A stretch of 64,000 bases of DNA from Heterodontus francisci (GCF_036365525.1 NC_090411.1:31698432-31762431), one strand, 5' to 3'. Positions 39,034 to 54,168 are shown, counted from the stretch's first letter. Made by a program: numbers and translations. Notes: generated by a model from the letters alone, not told the origin.

Positions 39034-41155
39034 ATAACCTATCAAATCTATTATTCATGTTCAACGCATCAATTAAAATTATTCTTTACTCTTCTATACT
39101 TGGAGAATACAAGAGTTGTGAATGCAAGTTGTCTTGTAATCTAAAACTTTTATCTCTGGTATCATTCTGGTGAATCTGTGCTGCACTCCCACCAAGGTCA
39201 ATATATCAAAGCTGAACACAGTACTCCAGATGTGATCTAACCAGAGCTTTATACAAATATAGCATAACCTCCACCCCTTTGTATTCCAGACCCTTGAGAT
39301 GATGTCTAACAGTCTAGTCAACATTTTAATTCATTTATGCACCTGTCCACTAGCTGTTAGTAATTTCTGTACACGGACCCCTAACTCTCTCTGCTCCTCC
39401 ACAGTTCCTAGCTCCTCACCATTTAGAAAATATTCTGATTTATCTCTCTCTGTCCTCGCTCTATCTCAAATTGAAATTAATCTATCACAGTTTTGGCTAC
39501 TTACTTAATGTCCCTTTTCAATTTTCTGCTCCAATTTACTCTACCTACTGTGACACCTAACTTAGTGTCATTAGCAAACTTGGATATGTGGCTCTCGATT
39601 CCTTCATGCCATTTATAAATGTAGTGAAAAACTGAGGCCCCAGTACAGATCCCTGGGTGAGATGACTAGTCATATCCTGCCAATTGGAGTTCATACCCAT
39701 TATCCCTACTCTTTGTTTCCTATCTCCCAACCAACTTTACGACCACATGTAAAGGTTTCCTGCAATTCCATGTGCTTCCATTTTCCCAATCTCTTCAGCA
39801 GAATCTTGTCAGTGATATATTTGATGTTGGCTTCTTTGAGTTTTCTCAAAGTGAATCTGTTCTCGGATTCAGAGTTTGTCAACATAATTGCAGGAGTCTG
39901 CAAATAGAAATTTATTTTGTGTTGAGCACAATTGGATCCATCTCTTGGAGAATTGACACTGCGCTTGATGGGTCGAGAATGAATGTGATACCAATGTTGA
40001 CCACAATATATCAAAAGAGATGAAACATGAAACAGCCTGAAACATTCCAGTGAATCTGCAAAGCAACTGACTTGCTGGGGAAATGAAAAGTGGAGAGCTT
40101 CAAACAGAACTCTATTGCTCCGTCTAAGTGCAACATGGAGGTCAAGCCCATGGAATTTAAGAGTTGTAAAGGCCTGTGTTGTTGCTTCTGCAAAACTGAA
40201 GTCTATTGAGACTTGATTGCAAGGGAAGATTTTACCTGAAATAGAGAGTGTTATAACTACCTGACCCAAGTATTTCTGCATTCACTCAACCCAGACATTC
40301 GTAAGTATGGCTCCTGATGAATCAGGGTGCAAGTAGTAGTTGAACAAATGACAACCTAGCCAAAAGGTAGAAGATGGAGATGGTGAATATTTACAATGAA
40401 TAGCGTCAGAGTCATTTCAGGCACAGGAGGCTATTCAGTCCATAGAGTCTCTGGTGACCAGTACAACACTATCAGCCCCATTCCCCTACTCTTACACCTG
40501 TAAGTACTTTTCATCCAAATGCTATTCCAGTTTCCTTTCAAAATCATTTATTGGCTACACTGTCACCATCCTCATGGGCAGCAAAGTCCAGGCCATTACC
40601 ACTGCTTGTTAAAAAAAAAAATCCCCTCTCAGCTAACAGGAATACATCTTCCTTTGTCTACCTATCAGCATCTTCACAACTCAATCAAATCTCTCTGCAT
40701 TGCCTGCTGCTCCAATTGGATCAGGGGTCAAAACAAATTTGTGCCTCTTCCTCTTGTTCCACAACTGCATAATATTTCGTTGGCAGACACAAGAAACTAT
40801 CTTTTCAATAAAACATGCATATTTCAGATATTCCCTACAAGTTTCTCAATGAAAATTGGAAGATGTGAGCAAACTAGCCCAAGCAGACATTGGATCAATT
40901 TTCAGAAGATGGATGTAGGAGAGCAAAACTCAAAGGAATGGTAGAGTTTCAGTGGAATTAGATATTAGACAGCTAGGTATCTTGGTGATCTGAATAATGA
41001 AATTAGTTACTTATCTATACAAAGAAAAACAAAATCACTCCATGATAAATACTTTTATTTCCACATACAGCAAGAAATGAGAAAATTGCATATTAACCAG
41101 AAAGGTATCACATTTTATTTCAATTATTATAGAACTAATGATTCTAGAATGCTGA

Positions 41156-44100
41156 TTAACTCAGCGTGTGCTTGTCAAACAGGTACTCTCCCATGCCATT
41201 GTCAGGGACTCCCAGTCTCTTCAGGTTGGTGATGTGATCTCCAAGCTTCTTGATCATCTTCACTTGTTCATCCAAGTAGTGAGTCTCCAGGAAGTCACAC
41301 AACTAGAACATGAGAAATCAGGTGAGTATTGTTTACAAAAAAAAAAAGTTAGTAAGTACCTTTGTTAGATTTTTTTTTATATTTACACTGGGATAATGGT
41401 GAAAGTTCTATACATGGAGTAAGACTTGCTCTAGAAAACAAGCACAGGCAGCAGGCCAAGTGGTCATGGCAGAAAGAAATCATTCTGATCCTGTGGATAA
41501 GTTTAGTCAGACAATACCAAAATTTACCCACATGTGGCAAGTCAAATCTATTATACAGGGAGTGAATGCAAAAGATCGATGCTGGAGAAACCAAGTGCCT
41601 TGTGAACAGTTCAGTGATCTGCATCTAGTGTGATGGCCTTTTCACCCAAAATGCAAGCATGTAACCAACCTATATGGAATTCTACTAGAGTTAAGGGTAG
41701 ATTCGAATTATAATCTTCAAACCTGAAAACTCATTTCAATATTAACTTACATGAGGGTCAGTGTTGCCAGTAGCGAGTTTGTGCAGATCCAGCAGACTCT
41801 GGTTCACATCCTTCTCCATCTGCAGAGCTCTCTGCATTGCCTCCAGACCATTGCTCCACTCATCCTGCTCTGGCTTCTGGAACAAAATAGTGGTCCTGTT
41901 AGTGGGAGTGCAAAGTCCAAGGGATGTTATGCCCAACGTCAACAGGGTTAGCAGCAAAGATAATCTGCACAACCCAATACTATGAGGGACCATTGTAGGA
42001 GACTGGATCAGTTCATTGTGTGCTTTGCCATTTTTGGCCAAAGCTCCAATCCCAATTCACCCAAATATGCTCCATTTTCTCTTTCTCCAAATCCTTTTAG
42101 CATCCTTAACTTTGTCCATGGGAAGTCTACAACTGTAGACCACATTCTCCAGACTGTTACCTCATTAAACACCAAGAATTTAGGGAGCTAGGCAACAGAT
42201 TAAAAGCAGGACATCAAAGGTTTAATCTCTGGATTATTCCTGGTGCCACATGCTTGTGGGTATAGGAATGAGAGGATAGAGCACAGGAATGCATGGCTGA
42301 GGTGGTGCAAGAGGGAGAGCTTTAGTCTCCAGACTCCTGGGTCAGTTTCTAGCAAAGGTGGGACCTGTTCAGATGCAATCCATCCAACTTGAACAGGACC
42401 AAGATCCTTGCTAGGAAGTTTGCTGGTGCTGTTGGGGAGTGGGGTGGGAGAGGGGTGGTGGCACTGGAGTTTAAACTAATTTGGCAGGGGGATGGGATAG
42501 AGAAGTTACAGTAGGGAGTGATGCATAGTCAAATAAAGAAGAAATTGAGTCAGTCTGGAAGGCAGAGCAAATATAGATCTGTTGAGGCACAAGGGGAAAA
42601 TGCATGTTGGATTGCATCTGTTTTCATTTAGTTTAGAGATACAGCACTGAAACAGGCCCTTCGGCCCACCGAGTCTGTGCTGACCATCAACCACCCATTT
42701 ATACCGATCCTACACTAATCCCATATTCCTATCACATCCCCCACCTGTCCCTATATTTCCCTACCACCTACCTATACTAGGGGCAATTTATAATGGCCAA
42801 TTTACCCATCAACCTGCAAGTCTTTGGCATGTGGGAGGAAACCGGAGCACCCGGAGGAAACCCACACAGACAGAGAACTTGCAAACTCCACACAGGGAGT
42901 ACCCAGAATTGAACCCAGGTCGCTGGAGCTGAGGCTGCAGTGCTAACCACTGCACCACCCAGGGTTCTTCCTACTAAGGCAGATGAATTGAGGGCATTGA
43001 TTAACACATGAGTGATATTGTTGCAATCACAGACATGGTTGAGGGAAGGGAATGACTGACAGCTCAATATTCCAGGGTACAGAATCTTCAGGCATGACAG
43101 GGGAAGGTGTAAAAGAGGTGGCATTGTACTGTTGATCAAGGAGTCAATTATTGCAGTAAAGAGGGATGATATCTTAGGTTCCTCAAATGAGGCCATATGG
43201 GTAGAATTTAAAAACAAAAAGGGGCAATCACTTGTAGTGTACTACAGGCCTCTAAACAGTCAGGGAGATAGAGGAACAGATACGTAGGTAAATCTCAGGT
43301 GTAAAAATAGGGTAATAGTAGGGGATTTCAACTTCCCCAATATCAACTTGGATAGTCTTAGTGCAAAAGGCTTAAAGGGGCAGAATTGTTAGTGCATGCA
43401 GGAGAGCTTTTTGAGCCAGCACATGGGAAGTCCCACAAGAGAAGGGTATGGGACCTAATCCTGGAGAATGAAACCAGACAGGTGGTAGAAGTGTCAGTGG
43501 GGGAGCATTTTGGAGATAGTGGCCATAACTTGAAGATTTAAGGTAGTTATGGAAAAGGACAATGAGGGACTGCAAATAAAAGTACTAATGGGGGGGGGGG
43601 GGGGGGAGGGGGGGGCAGGGGGAAAAAAAAAAAAAGGGAGGTGGGGAGAGGCCAATTTCAATGAAACAGGATCTGGCCAAAGTGGACTGGGAGCAGCTAC
43701 TTGCAGGAAAGACTTCATCAAAGCAGTGGGAGTCATTAAAAAAAAGCAAATAGTGAGTTCAGGCCAACATGTTCCCATAAAAGGTGGCAGGTAGGACCAA
43801 CAAGTCCAGGGAACCCTGGATCTCAAGGGATTTAGAGGATTGGGTAAGGAAAAAAAAAAGCTTACGGCAGATTCAAAGTGCTGAAAACAGTGGAGGCCCT
43901 AACGGAGTAAAGAAGGTATAGAAGTACTTAATGTAATAAGAGCAAAGGGACATGAAAAAACACTGGCCAGCAAGATAGAGAAAAAATACTTTTAAAACAC
44001 CTTGGAATTTAAGGGCAAGAGGATAACCAGGGCAAGAGTAGGGCCCATTAGGGTCCAGAGTAGCAATCTGTGTGGAGCCAGAGGACATAGTGAGCTTTTA

Positions 44101-46972
44101 AATGATTACTTTTCATCTGTGTTCACTATGGGATAAGGACGATGTAGGTGTAGAGATCAGGGAGGGGGTTTGTGATATACTTGAACAAATTAGCATTGAA
44201 AGGGAGGAAGTATTAGCGAGCTTAAAAGTGGATAAATCCACAGGCCCAGATGAGATGTACCCCAGGCTGTTATGTGAGGCAAGAGGGGAGATAGCAGGGG
44301 CTCTGAAGTTTTCAAAACATCTCTGGCAACAGGAGAAGTGCCAGAGGACTGGAGGACAGTAAATCTGGTACCAATATTCAAGAAGGGTAGCAGGGATAAA
44401 CCAGGTAATTACAGGCCAGTGAGTTTCAGTGCTAGGTTAACTATTGGAAAATATTCTGAGGGACAGGATTAATCTCCACTTGGAGAGGCACAGATTAATC
44501 ACAGATAGTCAGCATGGCCTTGCTAGGGGGAGATAGAGTCTAAAACTAGATTGAATTTTGAGGTGGTGACTAGATGTGTAGATGAGGGTAAAGCAGTTGA
44601 TGTAGTCTACATGGACTTCAGTAAGGCTTTTGATAAAGGTCCCAGAAGGGAGATTGGTTAAGGTGGTAAGAGCCCATGGGATCCAGGGCAATTTGGATCC
44701 AAAAATCAGCTTAGTGGCAGGAGGCTGAGGGTGATGGTCAAGGGTTGTTTTTGCGAGTGGAAACCTGTGACTGGTGGTGTACTGCAGGGATCAGTGTTGG
44801 GACTGTTCGTAGCATACGTTAATGATTTTAACACAAATATAGGAGGTACAATCAGTAAGTTTGCAGATGACAGGAAAATTGGTGGTGTTGTAAATAGTGA
44901 GAAGGAAAGTATTAGATTGCAGGATGATATAATGGGCTGGTAAGATGGGTGGAGCAGTGGCAAATGGAATTTAATCCTGAGACGTGTGAGGTGATGTATT
45001 TGGGAGGACTAACAAGGCAAGGGAATATACAATGGGAGATAGGACCCTGGGAAGTACAGAGGGTCAGAGGGACCTTGGTATATTTGTCCATAGATCACTG
45101 AAGGTAGCAGCACAGGGAGACAAGGTGGTTAGGAAGGCATATGGGATACTTGCCTTTATTAGCCGAGGCATAGAATAAAAGAGCAGGGAGATTATGATGG
45201 AGCTGTATAAAATGCTAGTTAGGCCACAGCTGGAGTAGTGTACAGTTCTGGTCACCACACTATAGGAAGGATGAGATTGCACAAGAGGGTGCAGAGGAGA
45301 TTCATCAGGATGCTGCCTGGGCTGGAGAATTGCAGCTATGAAGGGAGACTGGATAGGCTAGGGTTGTTTTCCTCAGAGCGAAGGCCAAGGGGGGGGGGGG
45401 GGGGGGAAGCTGAATGGTATACAAAATTATGAGGGGCATTAATACAATAGATAGGAAGAAACCTTTTCCTTTAGCAGAGGGATCAATAACCAGGAGGCAT
45501 AGACTTAATGGAAGGGGGCAGGAGGAAAGATGTTTTCACCCAAAGGGCAGTTAGAATCTAGAACACTGAACGGGTGGTACAGGCAGGAACCCTCATCATT
45601 TTAGTGTTTCGTTGTGTACTTGAAATGCCATAACAGACAAGGCAAGGGGCCAAGTGTTGGAAAATAGGATTAGAATAGATCAATGCTTGATGGTTGTCTC
45701 AGAAATGATGGGCAAAGGGCCTGTATAACTGACATTTATGTTTGAGCCAATACTTCACAATGCAGAAGTTGTTCCTTCTGAATATCCATTTATTGACCTT
45801 ATATCTATAGAAGAGGCAAAGATCAGTCATACCAACTCATTCTATAGCCACTCACCAACACTAGAAATTTTACTCCTTAATCTCACCATATGGAGAACTG
45901 AAGTTATTAGAACAAGGAAAATTCTCTGAAAGTATCCAAGTTAGATCATAGACTCCTTCATGTTAAAAACCCAACCTTGATGTCCTCCAAGATGATTCGG
46001 CCTCCACGTTTATTCTGGAATTTCATCAGATTCTCAGCGTGCTCCCGTTCCTCATGTGACTGCTCCTTGAAGAACTCAGCAAAGTGACGCAGGGCAACAT
46101 CATCCCGGTCAAAGTAATAGGACTGCAGGTAGAGGCAAAATGGAAAGGGAGAGAAGCCAGACCCAAAACTCATTGGCAGCCATGTCAAAAATGGTAGTAA
46201 TATCATGGTAGATAAATCACTCATTCTTTACATCAAAAAAGAGTTTGCTTTCAATTAAAGGGGCTTGGTTTTTCAAGTTTATGCTGTAAAACACCAAGTA
46301 TGTTGAAAGGCCCCTCCCTGTGACATTACAAAAAGCAATAATACTATTTGGATCAAAGTTTCATTTCAGCATTCAAACTATTGTTCAGCAGGCCATCCTT
46401 TGTCCCCCAATGAATATTTAAATGATTGAAGAAAAAAAAAATCAGTAGATGACTGCTTCATGCAAGATTATCCCTCATACAAAAAAAAAGAGAGTTCAGC
46501 ATCACAAGATTTACTCATTTACAAAGGGGGAAAAGTAAAGACAGACCAGAACTAATCAGACAAAGTTTCACTAAACTAAATAGTTGCCATCCAAGTTGGA
46601 AAAGATAACTAGGTTTATACATCTTCAAAATGAATCCTCTATTGGAAACCACACAGAACCTTGGAATAACTTTCAAAAATTGAACACAAATATTACAGAG
46701 CAAGGAACAGAGTCTCTGCTTCAAGGGTGTTCACAGATTTAAGTCAAGGGAGGACGAGAGAAAAAGATTATGAACCCAACTGATTAGCCTAGAGAAATTC
46801 GAGATTCTCAATGCATTGAAATTCCAATCTTAACTTTGAAACAGGACCCCAAGAAAACAATACACACCATGGAAAGATAAACATAGGAGGAATAGAGCTC
46901 CAGGTTGATTTGCTTGTTAACAGCATCTTCACAGTCCTTGTGGTAATTCTGACATACTTGAGAGGCCATCAT
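41156..46972 (-). CDS. Ferritin H/M-type subunit, gene E2 (exons 46972-46868, 46122-45976, 41876-41751, 41302-41156)
   Basis: Four intact exons; 4.1-kb intron 2; variants K68N, KLAT in exon 3, GVP in exon 4. Confidence 0.94.
42175..45737 (+). mobile_element. Degenerate CR1 LINE in intron 2 of E2
   Basis: [29 protein letters not shown] and [13 protein letters not shown] remnants; CR1 3' UTR. Confidence 0.9.
42622..42961 (-). mobile_element. tRNA-derived SINE (HE1/V-SINE-like)
   Basis: Duplicate of 19273-19617. Confidence 0.85.
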
Positions 46973-47040
46973 AATCTTTACTACTAACAAAAACCCAGTT
47001 CCAATAACAACAATCCAACTACTCCCTACACAAGCTCTTG

Positions 47041-47264
47041 TATTTATACTGCTGGAACAGCCTGCATTCAAACAGGGAATGACATCATTAATGATGATTG
47101 ACAATTCCAGGTAGCCAGTCAGGAATCGTTCATGTATCCAGGCACCAAATAACAATGTAGACGGGCTGTGGGGTTGGACCCAGAGACAATGAGAGCTGTG
47201 GAATACAGGCAGGTTTGGATGATGATACTGTGATTGGAACATAGGAACAGGAGGAGGCCAATCA
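47041..47264 (-). promoter_or_regulatory. Proximal promoter of ferritin E2
   Basis: TATAAATA at 47041-47048, palindrome, CCAAT pair. Confidence 0.7.
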
Positions 47265-48007
47265 GCCCCTCAAGCCTGTTCCACCATTCAATTAGATCAT
47301 GGTTTGTGTTTTCAGGCCATTTACCTGCATTGGTTCCATATTGCTTCATACCCGAACCTAACAAAAATCTAACAGTCTCACTTTTGAAATGTTTAATTAA
47401 TCTCAACATTTTGTTGGAGTGAGTTTCAGATTTCCATTTCACTTTTTGTGAAGAAATGTTTCCTGACATTACCCCTGAATGGCTGAGGTCTCATTTCATG
47501 ATTAAACCCCCCTGTCCATTAATCATGTTCAACACATCAATTATAATCATTCTTTAATCATCTATACTCGAGGGGATACAAGACTCTTCTAAGCAAACTG
47601 TACAAGTAATTTAACCCTGTAATCCCTGGTATCATTCTGGTGAATCTGTGCTGCACTCCCTCCAAGGCCAATATATCAGAGCTGAACACAGTACTCCAGA
47701 TGTGATCTAACCAGAACTTTATACAAATATAGCTTAACCTCCACCCCTTTGTATTCCAGCCCCCTTGAGATGGAGACTAAAATTCTAGTAGACTTATTAA
47801 TACATTTATGTAAGTGTCCATTAATTGTTAGTAATTTAGTAATTTCACATTGAACTCCATCAATCACAATTTTGCTCACTCACTTAATCTATCAATGTCT
47901 CTTTGCAAATTTCTGCTCCAATTTACACTACTTACTGTGCTACTGAGCTTCGTGTCAGCAGCAAATTTGGATATACAGCACTCTATTCCTTCATCTATAT
48001 CATTTAT

Positions 48008-49705
48008 AGAGTTATACAGCACAGAAACAGGCCCTTCAGTCCATTGTACCTGTGCCAGCCATCAAACACCTTTCTATTCTAATCCCATTTTCCAGCACTT
48101 GGCCCGTAGCCTAATATGCTATGACATTTCAAGTGCTCATCTAAATACTTCTTAAATGTTGTGAGGATTCCTGCCTCTACCACCCCTTCAGGCAGTGTGT
48201 TCCAGATTCCAACCACCCTCTGGGTGAAAAAATAGTTCCTAAAATCCTCTCTAAACCTCCTGCCCCTTACCTTAAACTTATGCCCCCTGGTTATTGACAC
48301 CTCTGCTATGGTAAAAAAGTTTCTTCCTGTCTATCTATCTATCTATGCTCCTGATAATTTTGTATACCTCTATCAGGTCTCCCCTCAGCCTTCACTGCTC
48401 TAAGGAAAACTACACTAGCCTATCCAGTCTCTCTTCATAGCTGAAATGCTCCAGCCCAGGCAACACGCTCTGCATCCTCTCCAGTGCAATCACATCTTTC
48501 CTATAGTGTCGTGCCCAGAACTGTACACAGTACTCCAGCTCTGGCCTGAATAGTGTTTTATGAAGCTCCATCACTGTTCTTATACTCTATGCCTTGGCTA
48601 ATAAAGGCAAGAATCCCATATGCCTTCCTAACCACCTTATCTACCTGTGCTGCTGCCTTCAGTGATCTATGGACAAGTACACCAAGGTCCCTCTGACCCT
48701 CTGTACCTCCTAGGGACCTACCATCCATTGTATATTCCCTTGCCTTGTTAGTCCTCCCAAAATGCATCACCTTACACTTCTCAGGATTAAACTTCATTTG
48801 TCAGTGCTCTGCCCATCTTACCAGCCCATCCTGTAATCTAAGGCTTTCCTCCTCACTCTTTATGACACCACCAATTTTCGTGTCATCTGTGAACTTACTG
48901 ATCATACCTCCTATATTCATGTCTAAATCATTAATGTACACTACAAACAGTAAGGGTCCCAGCACCAATCCCTGCGGTACACCACTGGTCACAGGCTTCC
49001 AATCGCAAAAACAACCTTCGACCATCACCCTCAACCTCCTGCCAATTTTGGATGCAATTTCCTATATTGCCCTGGATCCCATGGCTTCTTACCTTCTTAA
49101 CCATTCTCCCATGCAGGACCTTATTAAAAGCCTTACTGAAGTCCATGTAGACTACATCAACTCCTTTACCCTCATCTACACATCTAGTCACCTCCTTGAA
49201 AAATTCAATCAAGTTAGTTAGACATGATCTCCCCCAACAAAGCTGTGCTGACTATCCTTGATTAATCCCTCGCTCTCCAAGTGGAGATTAATCCTGTCCC
49301 TCAGAACTTTTTCCAATAGTTTCCCTACCGCTGATGTTAGACTCACCTGGTTTATCCCTGCTACCCTTCTTGAATAATGGTACCGCATTCGTTGTCCTCC
49401 ACCAACTCTCCTGTGGCCAGAGAGTATTTGGAAATTTGTGTCAGAGCCCCTACTATCACCTCTCTTGCTTCACATAACAGCCTGGGATACATTTCATCTG
49501 GGCCTGGGGATTTAACCACTTTTAAGCCCACTAAAACAGCTAACACTTCGTCCCTTTCAATGCTAATTTATTCAAGTATATCACAATCCCCCTCCCTGCA
49601 CCTACATCGTCCTTCTCCATCGCGAACACAGATGGAAAGTAATCATTTAAAAACTCACTGACGTCCTCTGACACCACCCACAGATTGCCAGTTTGATCTC
49701 TACTT
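48008..49705 (-). mobile_element. Younger 5'-truncated CR1 LINE nested in the old CR1 upstream of E2
   Basis: RT motifs [42 protein letters not shown] in broken ORFs; CR1 3' end near 48008. Confidence 0.9.
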
Positions 49706-50847
49706 TTTCCCTTATTTAAGTATAATGATAAGCTGAGACCCCAGTATAGATCCCTGGAAGGGATGACGAGCCATAGCTTGGAGTACATAGCCATTATCCC
49801 TACTCTGTCTCCTATCTCAAAACCAAATCTCCAAATATGTTTAAGGCTTTCCTCCAATTCCATCGGCTTCCATTTTTCAGCCCCTCTTGAACTTTGTGAT
49901 GTATTTGATGTTGGCTTTCCTCAAACCGAATCTGTTCAGATCCAAAGATTCCTAACATAATTGTATGAGTTAGCAAATGGAAATTCCATTTTGCATTGAG
50001 TGGAATTAGATCCAAATTAACATGACTTGGAGAATTGATGTCAGCAGGGTGGGTCTAGAACAACTCAGGGATACCAATCTCGACCACACTCGATGGAACG
50101 TGATCCACACTAACTCTGCAAGCCAATCAGCAAATTGGTGAAATAGAAAGTGAAGAAGCTTTAAAGTGAACTCTGTTCCTCCATCTCTACAGTGTGATGT
50201 GGGGCATAATTCCCATGGAATTCAAGACCTGTCAAGTCATGGCATTTGGTAAGGGAAGATTTTTAAGCTGAAGTATTGGGTGCCTCTTACCTTCATTACT
50301 TGCTATAAGCATCTCCCTATACTTAGCCCAGACATTGGAAAACATTGCCCCTTTGGTGAATAGGAATGCAAGCTTTGGTTGAACAAATGGTAGATGAAAG
50401 TAGTCAGTTCTCAACTATGATAAAAGGCCAAAAGGTGAGGTGAAGGTACTAATGCAGTGTCCTTTCCCAATTTCTAATATTACACAGCTGCCTGACAGTT
50501 CACTTGTCATGGCAAGGACACTTTTACAGCAGAAATTGCATATTTCAAATATCCCCTACAAACTTAATTAAAATTGGCAATGTGAGTAAACCATCATAGG
50601 CAGGCATTGAATTAAGTTTGGAGGATGGCCTGGGAGAGGGAAACATTTTAATAGAATCATTATACAGCAATGTATCATACTGAAATAAATCTACTGAGTT
50701 ATACAGAGATCAGTTCCATGATGAATACTTCAATTCCATATATAGCAAGAGATGAGAAAACTGGGAATTAACTAGAAAGCATTCACCAGAATTGGATCAC
50801 ATTTTATTTCTACCAATAGTTTAGAACTAATGATTCTAGAATGTTAA

Positions 50848-50952
50848 TCAACTCAGTGAGAGCTTGTCAAACAGGTACTCTCCCATGCCATTGTCAGGTA
50901 CTCCCAGTCTCTTCAGGTTGGTGATGTGATCTCAAAGCTTCTTGATCATCTT
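50848..50952 (-). pseudogene. Ferritin relic G: 3' part of exon 4 with its 3' UTR
   Basis: [33 protein letters not shown], in-frame TGA at 50932-50934; fused directly to spacer DNA. Confidence 0.9.
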
Positions 50953-51591
50953 TTTGAAATTATTTATTGGCTACACTGTCACCCTCCTCATACACAGCAA
51001 GTTCCAGGTTATGCCACTGGCTGTATTAAAAAAAAAATTCTCCTCAGTTACTCCTACATCTCTTGCCCAAACCCCTTAAGTCTGTGTTGCAGAGTACTCA
51101 TACTATCAACAAACAGGAATACATCTTCACATCTCTCTGCATTACCTGTTGCTCCAATCAGAACAGGGGTCAAAACAAAATTCAGTGCCCCTTCCTCACA
51201 TTCCACAACATTTCATCAGCAGATGCAAGAAACTACTTTTGTGATAAAATTGCATATTTCAGATATTCCCTACAGGTTTCTCAGTGAAATTGGAAGATGT
51301 GAGCAAACTATCCTAAGCAGACTTTGAATCAATTTTCAGAAGCTGGATGTAGGAGAGCAAAACTCAAAAAGGCATGGTAAAGTTTCAGTGGAATCAGATA
51401 TTAGACAGCTAGGTATCTTGGGGATTTGAATAATGAAATGAGTTACTTACCTATACAAAGGTAAACAAATTCAGTCCATAAATACTTTTATTTCCACATA
51501 CAGCAAGAGATGAGAAAACTGCATATTAACCATAAATGGATCACATTTTGTTTCTACCAATATTATAGAACTAATGATTCTAGAATGCTAA

Positions 51592-53878
51592 TCAACTCAG
51601 CGTGAGCTTGTCAAACAGGTACACTCCCATGCCATTGTCAGGGGCTCCCAGTCTCTTCAGGTTGGTGATGTGATCGCCAAGCTTCTTGATCATCTTCACT
51701 TGCTCATCCAAGTAGTGAGTCTCCAGGAAGTCACAAAGCTAGAACATAAGAAACTAGGTGAGCATTGTTAGCTTTAAAAAAAACCTTCATTGGATAAGAA
51801 TTTTATTTGCACTGCGATAATGGTGAAAGTTCTGTACATGGGCATGTGACTTGCTCCAGAGAACAAGCACAGGCAACAGGCCAAGTGGTCAGCACAGAAG
51901 GAAATCATTGATTCGGTGGATAGATTTAGCCAGACAAGTCCAAAATTTACCTTGATGTGGCAAGTCAATTCCATTACACTAGGAGTGAATGCAAAAGATT
52001 GATGCCAGAGAAACAAAGTACCTTGTGAAGTGTTGAGTGAGCCAGATCTACAGCATGGATGGCTTTTTTTTTTAAAAAAAAGCCAAAAAACTTAAAGTTC
52101 CACTAGAGTTAAGGGCAGATTACAATTATCACCTTCAAATCTGAAAACTCATTGCAATATTAACTTACATGAGGGTCAGTGTTGCCAGTGGAGAGTTTGT
52201 GCAGATCCAGCAGACTCTGGTTCACATCCTTCTCCATCTGCAGAGCTCTCTGCATTGCCTCCAGGCCATTGCTCCACTCATCCTGCTCTGGCTTCTGGAA
52301 CAAAATAGTGGTCCTGTTAGTGAGAGTGCAAAGTCCAAGGGATGTTATGCTCAAGGTCAACAGGGTTAACCACCACAAAAGTATTCTGTGCACCCCAACA
52401 CTATGAGGGACCATAGCGAGGGATGGGGTTTAAGCCACTGGAATGACAGACCATTACAGGACACTGGATCAGTTCATTGACTCTGCCCCACCATTTTTGG
52501 CCAAAGCTCAAATCCCAATTATGTTCCAATGCTCCTTCTCCAAATCCTCAACTCCATCCACAAGAAGTTGACAGCTGTGGCCCACATTCTCCAGACTGTT
52601 ACCTAGTTAAGCACCATATGTTTAAGCCAATAATTTACAATGCAGAAATTGTTCTTCCTGAAAGTCTATTTATTGATCTTGTATCTATAGAAGAGGCAAA
52701 GATCAGTCATACCAACTCATCCTATAGCCACTCACCAACACTAGGAATTTTACTCATTAATTTCTAGATCGAAAACTGAAGTTATTAGAACAAGGAACAT
52801 TCTCTGAAAGCATCCAAGTTACATCATAGACTCCTTCTAGTTAAGAATCCAACCTTGATGTCCTCCAAGATGATTCGGCCTCCACGTTTATTCTGGAATT
52901 TCATCAGTTTCTCAGCATGCTCCCATTCCTCATGTGACTGCTCCTTGAAGAACTCAGCAAAGTGACGCAGGGCAACATCATCCCGATCAAAGTAATAGGA
53001 CTGCAGGTAGAGACAAAATGGAAAGGGAAGAGAGGTCAGACCCAAATCTCATTTATGGCCATGTCAAAAATGGTAGCAATATCATGGTAAATAAAGCACC
53101 TATTCTTTACTCCAGATGAATTTGCTTTCAATTAAGGGGCTTGGTTTTTCAAGTTTATGCTATAAAATGTTAAATGTTGAAATGCCCCTCCCTGTGACAT
53201 TACAAAAAGCAGTAACACAATTTGGATCAAGTTTCATTTCAGGCACTCAAACTATAGTTATCTGCAGGACATCCTTTGTCCCCCAATGAAGATGCAAGTG
53301 AATGGAGAAAAAGAAACATCTCACTCAGTAGAATAATACTTTTAGATCAATACTTCATGAAAGATCATTACCCCTCATACAAAAGGGCTCAACACAACAG
53401 GATTTACTCATTTATAGGGGGGGGGGGGGGGGGGGGGGTGAGAAAGCCAGAACTAGTCAGACAATGTTTCACTAACTCATCACTAAATTTAACTGTTGCC
53501 ATCCATGTTGGAAGAGTTGACTAGATTTGTACATCTTCAACATGAATCCTCTATTGGAAACTTTGAGGAACCTTGGAATTACTTTCAAAATTGGACAAAT
53601 ATTACAGAGCAAGGAATAAAGTCCTTGTTTTAAGGATGTTCACTGATTGAAGTCTAGGAAGGATTACAGGATTATAAACCCAATTAATTGACCTAGAGAA
53701 ATTCTAGCTACTCAAAATGCATTGAAATTCCAGTCTTAACTTTTAAACAGGACCCCAAGAAAACAATACACACCATGGAAAGATAAACATAGGAGGAATA
53801 GAGCTCCAGGTTGATTTGCTTGTTAACAGCATCTTCACAGTCCTTGTGGTAGTTCTGACACACTTGAGAGGCCATCAT
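51592..53878 (-). CDS. Ferritin H/M-type subunit, gene F (exons 53878-53774, 53000-52854, 52294-52169, 51738-51592)
   Basis: Four intact exons; variants R63W, E167V, H173L. Confidence 0.93.
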
Positions 53879-53943
53879 AATCTTTACTACTCACAGAAGC
53901 TAAGTAGCAACAACAATCTAATTACTTCCTACACAAGCTCTTG

Positions 53944-54168
53944 TATTTATACTGCTGGGACAGCCTGCATGCAAATAGGGAATGACATCATTAATGATGA
54001 TTGACAATTCCAGGTAGCCACTCAGGAATAGTTATTGAATCCAGGCACCAATTAACAATGTCGACGGACTGTGGGGGTTGGACCCAGAGACAATGAGAGC
54101 TGTGGAATACAGGCAGGTTTGGATGATTATACTATGATTGGAATATAGGAACAGGAGGAGGCCAATCA
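53944..54168 (-). promoter_or_regulatory. Proximal promoter of ferritin F
   Basis: TATAAATA at 53944-53951, palindrome, CCAAT pair. Confidence 0.7.

Noticed and set aside
53417-53438. Poly-G tract in intron 1 (also near 14005) as a regulatory G-quadruplex
   Set aside because: Length varies freely among paralogs, consistent with homopolymer slippage or sequencing noise.
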